A stretch of 63,850 nucleotides of DNA, the filler included, from Atractiella rhizophila (Eukaryota), in NCBI GenBank assembly GCA_021432655.1. It is 9 parts of 9 records of this genome, joined end to end, with 100 filler letters (N's around TTAATTAATTAA, not from the genome) between each part and the next. Parts side by side here need not be neighbours in the genome. Positions count along the whole stretch, not along the records: positions 30,005 to 37,311 come from MU272218.1; positions 37,412 to 41,725 come from MU272219.1; positions 41,826 to 49,119 come from MU272221.1; positions 49,220 to 56,491 come from MU272222.1; 5 more parts are not named here. One strand, 5' to 3'. The translations under genes were made by a program, and so were the position numbers. The first letter of the stretch is position 1, and every line of letters begins with the position of its first letter. The notes under the pieces were generated by a model that was not told where the DNA came from, searched no databases, and saw only the letters and a program-made list of their open reading frames with translations. This document shows positions 36,987 to 50,443 of this stretch, one piece after another.

Positions 36987-38998
36987 ATGAGGAGGTCATG
37001 GACATTGCTTAGAGATTTCTTTATGCGAGATTTAAGTCGAATTGGACTAATTCACGATGGTGCAACTGATTTCCCCCTCGACGAGGGACTCCCAGTGACA
37101 ATATTGAACCCTTGTTCGCTTTGCATCACATTTAAGAAAGTTAATGTAGTTTAATCTACCTTTTTGCGTTTACATCGTCTTGTAGTATTGTACATGCATA
37201 TTCGCTTGATACCAACCAAGGTCTAGTAGCTACCGGAGCTGTCAGGAAGGAGGTGATCCAATCTTGACCGCACAGTTCATTGTAGAGCATGCTCGGATAA
37301 CGCAATACATTNNNNNNNNNNNNNNNNNNNNNNNNNNNNNNNNNNNNNNNNNNNNTTAATTAATTAANNNNNNNNNNNNNNNNNNNNNNNNNNNNNNNNN
37401 NNNNNNNNNNNGGTAAGCGAGCTGACACTCGTGTTTACCTGGTGGAGTCGTTCAGTTGTTCTACGACTCCTGTCGTTTAAAAAACTAATGTGTGGGTTAA
37501 AGAGGAAGTCCGCCTAGCCTTTTGCGACCTTTTAGCGCGTCGGTTTAAAAGAGTAGGTTGAATCGAGCAACTCGGACCGCTCGAGGCAGCGCTACAGCAA
37601 CGTTGTTCCTGGGAACATTTCTGGCTTAACCTGGTTCCATTATAACCCTAGAAGCATTTTCGCCATGGCGTTTTCAGGGTGTCACATACTGGTACGACCT
37701 TTCGGCCGGTAGCGAAGTTCAACTAGGCGACCATCAAACCCACGAACAGAGAAATGCGAATGCTGCCTAAGTACTTCGGAACCAGATCGAACCGTTCTCC
37801 GTAAAAGTCTCGAAAAGATGAAGGTGAAGATCGGGAAAACCAAACGGAAACCGACGTAAGTAAGTATGTCAGTAAATATCCTGACCGTCGATTGTCGATG
37901 TCAAAGCTGGGGAAACGCACAAATGCAGGGACCATTAAAGAAAGACGAACAGCCAAAGCCAAAGGTTCTGTTCTTTCTAGATGACAATACCGGCGGGGCA
38001 GAGGGTAGGAGTATTGGAGATGTTCAGTGAGGAGGAGGGGCTTCAGAGGTCCTCGCTTTTATGTAAAACGCCTCGACGGCGCTGGGTCTCGCCGCTCGCT
38101 GGAACGACCGCTACAGAGAGACAGGGGGTAGCCCTCAAGTCTTACCGTTCCTCTTCCCTCGGTCTACTGGGCGCAGAGAAGTCTCGGGTGCTGCTGATGA
38201 TACTGACTCTGGTCCTTACCCTCCTTACCTTTCTCTCCTGTGTCAGACTTCAAGTGGGAAACTACAGCAGTGGCGTTGAAGGGGTTTCGACAACTTGAAG
38301 TTCCGTTTACAGAAGCAAAGAACATAACATGTCTCTAGTATTACTAAATGCTATAATATGAGATTGCTCCAACTTCTTTCCCATCATAGCACCAAGAACT
38401 TGGTGCAAACAACTTGAACGGTAGAAAGAGGTACAAGAAAGCAAGCGTTTTTGAACTTGGAAGAAAAACTCTCACAGGCTGGCCCATTTCGTTCCTAGAG
38501 ACCCAGCTTCCAGAATTTAGCTCACCTTTTGCATTTTCTGCTGTCAACCTGATCCAATTCGAAAGTTGTTGTTGTTGTTGTTGTGATCATATTTCAGAGC
38601 TGTCAGACTATAGTCAACGTAGCTCTACATTCTGGGGGATATCACATTATTGAAACGAAACACGGTTTACAAGGTGAAATTGGCCATGAATGGGTTAACT
38701 AAGCGAGGTATGCGTGTATTGTGTAAAGAAAAAGGCCCCCAACAATCCCCTTATAATGTTATGGTACTGGTGGAAGTAAGACCGAGTGGGGGGTTACTGA
38801 ATCGCGATGGCTAAATTCGAAAGTACGAAAGTACACATTTGAATTCCTATCACGTGAAGGAATGACAATCACGTCCGTTGCGTCGGTGCTGTACGCCCAC
38901 CGTGACCCCTTCACTTCAAAGTGCCCAGTGCCCACGAAATAAAGTCATCTCCTTTTGATCAGCTCTCCTTCACCTGTACCACTACCGCCACCTTCGCC

Positions 38999-41725
38999 AT
39001 GGCATCCACGTCCAACTCAGCACGCAAGCCAACTCCCAGGCAGAAGATCAAGCCACCCCGACAGGTACGTTCCTCGTTGTGCCCAAGCCTCATCTCATCT
39101 GGGATTGGGAGCTCAGAGACAGGATCCGACCGAAGATGTGATGCGCAAACTGTCCAGCGCCATCCTATCCATCCAAGCGCACAACGCCTCCTCCCTGTCC
39201 TTCGAAGAGCACTACAGACACGCTTACGCCCTCGTACTCGCAAAGAAGGGGGACGTGCTCCACAAGGGCGTGTCCGATTTGGTTCAACAGCACCTGTTGC
39301 GTCAGGTGAAGGAAAAGATCGACGGCGTCATGAGAGAGCTGAATGAGGTTGGAGGGACGAGGACGGCTGGTGGAAGTGCGGAGAGGGGAGAGGAGTGGGG
39401 GAAGACTAAGGCTGGTGAAAGGTTTTTGAAGGTGGTCAGAGAGGTGTGGGACGATCATTTGGCGACTATGAAGAAGTTGAGAGACGTGTTGAAGTATATG
39501 GTGAGTCGTTCTGTCCTCTTGATTGTTGGACATTGTTGGAAAGACGAGGCAAGAACTGCATGCACGATATTTTCAGTCCTGCTCTGGGTATGACTCTGGA
39601 GGCATTTATTGCTTTATCTACAGTTGATATCCGTAGATCGACCCAGGAATTCTGTTTCTTATTTGCCTCAGCTAACGTTACTGCTCGTTATTCTTTTGTG
39701 CCGCAACGGCATGTTCGCTGATGCTGCTTGCTCTTTCTCTTCTTGAACTCTCGTTACGCCTTAATAGCACCATTGCACGTCAATATTTAAGAAGATGAAA
39801 GGATATGGCGGTATAATACACCAACGGCACGATTGAGGTGGTTCTTGATGAGACAGTGTGCTCAAGTCATTCTATCATGACGGGACAAATGCATGGAGGA
39901 ACTCAATAAAAGGTCAGGCATGATCAGGTAGTTTACAGTTTATGCTACCACATCCTTGCATCACCCATCTCATACGTGAGAGACCGTTATCATTTCGACA
40001 ACGCTTTCTTCTTCAATATCGGGACCCCTGATAATATTCCGCATAGTTGGGACTTGTCGTTTGCGTCGGTACCTTACGATTGTTTGCCGTTCTTCATGAT
40101 GTTCATATCTACATCACTTCTAATCGTACCATCGCAACCTACGTAAATCCTGAAGTTCTTGTTGATGAGATCGTCCATTATGAGCGAATCTCTTTTGATC
40201 ATCCAAAGAGACAGTGAGGCTGGCCAGCTCAGGAGAAAGCAGTTCACGTTGTCTCGTGGTCGCTGTTTATCATCTGCCACGTTCAGTTGGATTGTCCTTC
40301 TGTTGGTTCGCTGGAATTCAGAATAACTTCAGAGCACAAAACGGTTGTTTTACATATCCTTTGATGAAATCACATTATCATTTCAGCTGAAACAACCCAC
40401 ATATTCTTTCCTCAAAGCTGCTCGTCTAATGGGCTGACCACGGACTCGCGTAGGATAAAGTTTATGCACCTTCTTCATCCTCCCTCACCGTGTGGGATTT
40501 GGGTCTCAAACACTTTCTCGAAGCAGTCGTTCACTATCCGAAGATCGAAGCCGTCATTCCTCTCAGCATCGACAACCCCGATGCAAGCAGGAACAGCCAG
40601 CGACAATTCTACGTGAACAATGCAAGCACATCAAGGTCGAACACAAGCACATCTGCGGGCCGTTCTTTACCGCCAAAGAAGTTTTCTTCAGAGTGTTCAG
40701 GTCGGGACTACGCCAGCACGGTCCAGTATCACCTACTCACAACCCTCCTCATGCTCATCCGTTTCGAACGTACCTGGACCGCTCCTGCTATTTCTTCACC
40801 GACCACTTTCGCGGATGCAGGTCCGTCAACCTCGACGGCTGGGATATCGCTTACTCGACACACTCTTAAGAGCACAACTGACATGCTCTCAGACCTCATC
40901 GATGGTCGTCCTGTGCCCGTCCAGCCCAAGAACCAACAATCATCCAGCTCTCACTTCCTCTACTCAAGCGCCGAGCCAACGCCTGGCGCGGTGGCGCTCG
41001 ATGGTGATAGTGTGTACAAACGCGAGTTCGAGGGCCTATTTTTGCAGGAGACGAGGGAGTGGTATGAAGATGAGGGGACTCGTTTGATTACTGGATGCAA
41101 CGGGAGCGACTATTTGAAGAAGATAGAGACGCGGCTGAAGGAGGAAGAGCAACGTTGCCTCCAGTATCTTCAACCGGTCACTCTCGCACCTCTTACAAGC
41201 CTGCTCGATAACGTACTCCTCACTGTGCATCGAGACGAGATCCTCAATCACCCTCAACTTGGTCTACCGCAGATGCTGGAGCAGGACAGAATGTTTGATC
41301 TTGAGCGATTGTATCGACTCTTCAGCCGAATTCCCGGCGAGGGACCTCCTGCTCTGAGAGATGGCGTCAAAGCGTTCCTGAAGGAGACGGGCAAGAAGAT
41401 AAACGAAGGTGTAGACCCTGCGAATGTCCCTTCAGTCGATGCAGACGGAGACGCCACGATGAGCTCACGAGTCAAAGGGAAAGGAAAGGCGGCAGAAGGT
41501 GCAGAGGCAGCAGCCGGTCCGGGAAACAATGCGGCTCTGCTCTGGGTGAAGAACGTACTTGATCTGAAGGATCGCTTCAATAGAATTTGGAAACAAGCGT
41601 GGAAAGAGGATAAGCTGTTTTTGAAGGCGATTGACGATGTTCGTCTTCTCCATGTGCTTGGAGTTCAAGCTGACCAAAGAATTGCAGGCGTTCGAAACCT
41701 TCATCAATCAAAATCCAAAGTCGCC
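38999..41725 (+). CDS. CUL3: Cullin-3, 3'-partial
   Basis: KIKPPR; IQAHNASSLSFEEHYRHAYALVLAKKG; VWDDHLATMKKLRDVLKYM|DKVY; SVYKREFEGLFLQETREWY; DLERLYRLFSRI; WVKNVLDLKDRF. Confidence 0.92.
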
Positions 41726-41825
41726 NNNNNNNNNNNNNNNNNNNNNNNNNNNNNNNNNNNNNNNNNNNNTTAATTAATTAANNNNNNNNNNNNNNNNNNN
41801 NNNNNNNNNNNNNNNNNNNNNNNNN

Positions 41826-42312
41826 GCACAGAACCTCAACGCTTGTTACCTCTTTTATTACGCTTCTACATCGTGTCCGGCCTGCACAGACATCGAGAAC
41901 AAGGACCCGAATAAACTTGAGACGATCAAGAGGTGGGATGAGGAGACGGTAGAAGAGAGAAGTATACTGAGCGAGAGGCTTAATCTTCTCCTCGAAGATG
42001 CCCTGATTATTGCCCAGAAGGTTTGTCCATGCATTACTCCGAAAACATCGTACTAAAACATCTCACGACTGACAGGCTCAGTTTGATGTCTTCAACACCC
42101 AGACAATTATGGACAACAACCTGTTCCTTGAGCGGCAAAAGGTTCGCGGTTTCTTCATTCTTCAATCAACGTTTATCGACTCATAAATACAGTTCCGCCC
42201 TGGAGACGGCGCTCTCAACTACTATTTGTACAACTACTCGACAAACCCGATTAAGGGAGGGGAGCCAGTCCACACATCTCCTGGAAGTGGCATCGGATTG
42301 ACAATGCTCTGA
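41826..42312 (+). CDS. NMT1: Glycylpeptide N-myristoyltransferase C-terminus, 5'-partial
   Basis: Manual splice gives ACYLFYYA...RLNLLLEDALIIAQK|AQFDVFNTQTIMDNNLFLERQK|FRPGDGALNYYLYNY...SGIGLTML-stop (TGA 42310-42312). Confidence 0.88.
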
Positions 42313-42919
42313 AGAACAAAAATAATCAAACTAACCAATGTTTATTTAACAATCTCAAATCAACACAACGAGCAATTTTCAAGGGCAGAAATGATAATCT
42401 TGGGTTGGAGAGAATCAAACTGTCTTCGTAACTTCGTAAGGGCGAACTCGTAGCCAGGCTGCCAGCTTTCTTTCTAACCGGCTGTCCCCTTCCCTCAAAT
42501 GCTCAAACTTAAACAACATCAGGAATTTGAGATCCCAGATTGACTTTACTGCGGGTTGTCATTCATTCCTCTGAGACTGCTTCTGCTTCTTCTTCTCTTC
42601 TGTTTTATCGCAGTGCTTCCGCTTCAAGAATTGGTACTGCCTTGGATCACTTACTCCCTGACTACTTACAGTAAAAGTCGTTTGAAGTCTTGCAACGCCG
42701 CAATTGTAGAATGGTATGCCCGGACACCTCACAGGTAGAGGTGCTGAATTTCGACTCAGGGTCCAGGTTCAAGCGGCCGAAACTCACGAACGAAGCTGCT
42801 CCATGTTATTTCAGAAGATGAGGAAAGGAGTAACTTGGAGTCGCAGGACGACTCAGAGTCACAGGAAGAGTCACAAGGTGTGTCTCTTGACCCAGAACAG
42901 AGAGCTTTAGGGAGACCTT

Positions 42920-44913
42920 ATGACAGAAGATTCCTCAAGCGATGGCACTAATCTGGAAGAGGGTACAGATGAAGATGAAGGGGAATACTTTGACTGGGAT
43001 GCTTTTGGAAATGGAAGTTCAAAGTTCACCCTAGGAGTTTTAGGACGAGAAATGCGCTCTGGCGGAGTATCGAAGAAATTGAAGTGCAAGAAGCGCACAT
43101 TCGCAACGGATGATCCCGACAGCGACTACATCGACGAGGAACCAAAACAGAAGAAGAAGAAAATCGCGACAAAAAAAGCGCCAGAGAGTGTTTTCGCTGC
43201 CAAAGTTGGAGAACTCGCTACAGACCATACTGACAGTGATGACGGACGTTGTGAGTTCTGCTCTCAGAGGTAACGAAGCCGGACTGAATAAAGCGACCGG
43301 AAGTGGCTCATCTGGACCAGACTGCCCTGGCAAGAATAAGGAAGGCATTGGCATTGGGAAATCATCCAGGAAAGTGTTGTCGGAAGCAGTTGGTCTATCG
43401 ACTGAGTACCGAGTTCTGAGGTTAGGCACTGGAGAGGCTGAAGCAAAAGCAGCTCTAAGGTGTGTCTTCTATTTCTAGAAGTCAATGAGGTTGCTGAGTA
43501 ATTTGTTAGAATGGCGGCTCAACTCATGGCTAAGCTATCCATCAAAGAGGCGGACGTTATGGCATCTGAAAGCTTGGAAGAAAAAAGTCAACGCGCCGGG
43601 TGCTCTAAAGTTGTCATTGTACACAAGAAAGGTGGGAAAGTGCCTAATCAGGCCTGGGCAAACACTTGTGTTAGTGCCATGACGACGTGGTTCGATGTCA
43701 AATCTTTCAGCACTGCTTGGACTTACAAATTGGAATGGTATGTTTATTTTGTTTGTGGAGTGTCTTATCAAAATTGCGACCCAGGACCTTCTATGGGATC
43801 GCCGAAAATACAGCTGCTGCCGCGTTGGCCTTCGAAATGGTAGGTGATCATCTCTCGGCATAACTGATGAGTTTAGGGCGCGTCTTGTTCAGGTCTTCAA
43901 TCTGATTCTGGAATGGGGACGCACAACCGCTGAGGCGAAAGGTAATCGAAACTCGTACTACTCGGGTGTCGCAGATGGCCTCAATAGAATGGCACGAGAG
44001 GATAAGTTGAATGAGGAGAAGGCGGCTGAGGAGGCGGAAAGGAAGGAAATGGCTGACAAGATCAAGAGAGAGGAGGAAGCTCGTCGACAGGAAATCGAAC
44101 GATTGAGGGATTTGGCGCAGGAGCAAGAAGAGATGGTAGATCCAGGAAGAGACGAAAAGACTGACCACAAACCTGAATCGAGGAAGGTCAAAATAGAAGA
44201 TCAGGATGTCACAATAGAACCAAAAATCAAGCCTGAAGTTTTCGACGGGATGGAAGGTCTTGGCTTTGACACACAACGATCTCCGTCGCCTCCTGATGGT
44301 ACACTTCCGGATTTTGTGTCGAACTCTGAAGGCGAAGAAGAGGTGTGACCATTTCACGATATATGTCGTGGCTGAATAATGTGGTATGCAGGTGAACGCA
44401 GATTTTGCGAACGCCGAAGAAGATGAGGAGCTGGCAGACATTGACTTTGAAGCTGAAATGGAACGCTCTCGTCTTAACTTTCTGGAGCAGCGGAGGAAGG
44501 AAGCAGAGAAGAAACGAGCTCGAGAAGAACGGTTGCGAGAAGAAGAGAAGAGAAGGAAGACAGAAAAGGATGCTTCGTTGAAACAAGAAGTCAAGCTTGA
44601 AGATGACCCCAAGTGGAAAAACTCTCAACAGCTGACGCTGTTCAGGTCGAACTCGGTGACTATTGCCGACACTTGGAAGGAGAGCAATAAAATCAAGCTG
44701 AGAAAGGGTCGAAAATTCACGTGTGTTCTGCCTTCAAACGCTTCATGAACCGAGCTAACAGCTAAAAGTGCACCGAAAATCAATCATGCTGCTTACAACA
44801 AAGGCAAAGTGCGTCTTCTTTTCACAAATTTTGGCGCTCGTCTTCTTATACCAATTGATCTGCAGACCGACGCAAAGAAGATTGATGTGAGGAGACGTAA
44901 GATTGAAGCGTGA
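42920..44913 (+). CDS. Hypothetical multi-exon protein, acidic/charged with coiled-coil-like stretches; start uncertain
   Basis: Successive + ORFs (42920-43273, 43511-43843, 43989-44348, 44386-44748) are joined by plausible GT-AG introns and end KIDVRRRKIEA-TGA. No family recognised. Confidence 0.5.
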
Positions 44914-45924
44914 ACCAGGTCTAATAAAACGGTCAGAAACAGAATTTTTGTTAAAGGAGCACAGATGCACTCTTGCCCACTGAAGGAGGCTCTGTGGCTT
45001 AGTTTTCAAAGTCTCCACGACGGCTACTTATGTATGAAATTAGGATTTATTGAATTGTTTCGAGATGTAACATTCAACACAGCGCAACTAACTTCCAACC
45101 TTTTGAATGCGAAATGAGATTCCGGAAGCAGTTCACTTTATACAGCACACGAGAGGAGTGAGATTTCGTACTCATACTGTCAATAAACCCTGCCCAGTTG
45201 CGCAAGGGAAAGGCGAGAAATGCGTTACCGAAGAGTGCATCCTTGCTATAACTTTGATGCTAAACGACATGAAATCATTTGTAGAAATTGCCGGAATGAC
45301 AACATTGAACCAGCACTCTCAATGGATCTAGTACAGTAACGGTTCAATATCGTTTGTGAGGTTGGGTGCTTGTGGCGATTGGATTACGACGCGCCGTAAA
45401 TTTGCAGAATCTAGCTAGTCTTGACTCAGCCGCAAGTGTGGCCAATGCCATGTAATTTGGTCAGCTCGCATATCACGGCGCGGCCTGACTAGTTCGAATG
45501 GGAGTAACAAGGTCCTATCTAGCGATTGGGTTTCTTTTTGGCTAGTGCAAAGTAGATTCCATTTCACGCCACCTCAATCTCATTGAAATCAAGGGTTCCT
45601 CACCAAGATTCCTCACTTCACCCTCTCCGGCGCTTCAACCAACGTGCGATGACTTCAGGACAGCCCACCGATACCCGACAAATGGCATTCTGAAGCATCT
45701 CACTTCCGCTGAGGTTGATTAGCAATGTGATGAAGCATAAAATTGGCTCTGGAATTCGGTGGTGACAACCAAGCTCTTGACGAAATCTGGCCGGGATGTG
45801 GCCGGGTTTGTCCGAAGAGATACAAAAAGACCCGATTGATGCGGTCAAAGTTGCAAAAACCAGAAATCAACCAACTGCCATCTCTCTTATCAGAATCCGC
45901 ACAATCATCTAAATATTGCGCAAA

Positions 45925-47423
<1,499 letters not shown>

Positions 47424-47667
47424 TCTCCCCCATTTTAACAAGGTGTTCACAAGTTTGAAGGTGTGACGAACAAACGCGCTCCTCTATAGACTGACTGAAG
47501 GATGTTGTGTGTGGTGTGTGATGTTATCATTAAAACAAAAGGAAATCTGAATGTCAAGTTTATTTGTCCCATCAATCCCACCATGTGTTTTTGTGATTTA
47601 GTAACGTGACCAGTAAGGTTATTATTTTTGGAAATCAACTTGATGGGAAACGAATGACGACGCGACG

Positions 47668-49119
<1,452 letters not shown>

Positions 49120-49219
49120 NNNNNNNNNNNNNNNNNNNNNNNNNNNNNNNNNNNNNNNNNNNNTTAATTAATTAANNNNNNNNNNNNNNNNNNNNNNNNN
49201 NNNNNNNNNNNNNNNNNNN

Positions 49220-49982
49220 TTCCATCGCAGCTTGACAGTACAAAACGGTAGCAACACTCTCATATTCAGCAAAACTTACGCAGAAGGCTAATCAGCGTAT
49301 GAAGGAGTTTCAAGGAGATGAGGACTTGCAACCAAATATCTGGTTTAGTCTCCCTCCGCCGGTCTGGATGGATGATCATCTAGAAATCTATCGCACAAGG
49401 TCGAAAACGGATTTGAAGGAGTGATCTCAAATGGCAAGGGATATTCTGTCCATTCCTGGTTTGGGTTTCCTTCATTCGTCTTCTTATTCAATTCTGAGGC
49501 TGATTATTCATTTTTAGTCTGTTCGGTAGCTGTGGAATGCATCTTCGGCGGAGCACGAGATACGATAGGGATCTGCCGCACATGCCTCAAGCCTAACACT
49601 ATTCAGTCTCTCGTGGTTCTTAAGGCTCAGCTATGATTGGAGAGAGATCGAAAGGCAAAGAAACTAAAGGCAGGCCTGGCTGCCATTGCTAAAGGAACTT
49701 CAACTTGAGCAGGTTAAAAAGTTCTTTATACATACATTCACATCTTGACTTCTCAGCTTCACTCAATGTGCTTTATTTTACATTATCTAGCCTAGTAATG
49801 TCAACATTGCATGTTATTACAAGACGTGAGGCATTTGCCGGCTACAAACCCATTACCGCCACCTTTGACGTGCGACTCAGCGAATAGAACACGTCTCCCC
49901 GTACCCGCCCACATTCACTTGACTTGACAAAGCTCACGTCGCCCCCGACACACGCCACGCCACGCCACGTTGTGCATCCCTA
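49220..49982 (+). mobile_element. hAT DNA transposon 3' end (decayed transposase dimerisation domain, subterminal repeats, TIR)
   Basis: SVAVECIFGGARDTIGICRTCLKPNTIQSLVVLKA (about 49520-49636) resembles hAT SVxxERxFS...RRxxLxPxTI. Tandem GCCAC motifs. Ends GTTGTGCATCCCTA, the reverse complement of TAGGGATGCACAAC (Ac-like TIR). Confidence 0.85.
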
Positions 49983-50443
49983 CAACTGGGCGGTTGCGCT
50001 GGCTGAGGCGGTCATGCAGCTGCCTCTGTCGTCCTTTCACCGGATGATGTGTTTCTGGACCTATGCCGGGGGATTGGCTTGTGTGAAGTTCTGGTAGGTG
50101 TGGAGAATTAGGCCCAAGTTGGGGGGGTATTGCCGGGATTCAAGAAAGGTGGGATGGCGCCGGCTGCTTGCACAAAGCTGGCGGGGAATCCCCTTATGGG
50201 GGCATGTGGTGACAGCAAGGGCCGTAGGGGCTGCATGGATATTGATTGCCCTGTCTCCCCACCCACCCCGAGGTGGTTGGTGTCCTGGGTCTTGGTGATT
50301 TGGTGGGTTGACGGGTGTGGGGTTCTGATGGTTTCCCTGGCTAGCGTTGGCTCCTGGTAGCTCGGTTCTGAGACGGTTTACTGTGATCCCTTCTTGGGGA
50401 TTCCAGTTAGACTTAAGCGTAGATTCTCAGAAACAAAAGGTCG

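Noticed and set aside
38565..38584. (GTT)n tract giving a poly-Cys ORF
   Set aside because: Ordinary short microsatellite in intergenic DNA.
40361..40390. TTGATGA-AATCACATT...CTGA in the CUL3 intron, partly complementary to LSU rRNA from memory
   Set aside because: Boxes are too close together, the match overlaps the C-like box instead of preceding a D box, and there is no terminal stem.
37412..41725. Contig 6 (4314 bp) breaks the otherwise descending 7.4-7.25 kb size order
   Set aside because: Most likely assembly trimming or splitting; no biological signal.
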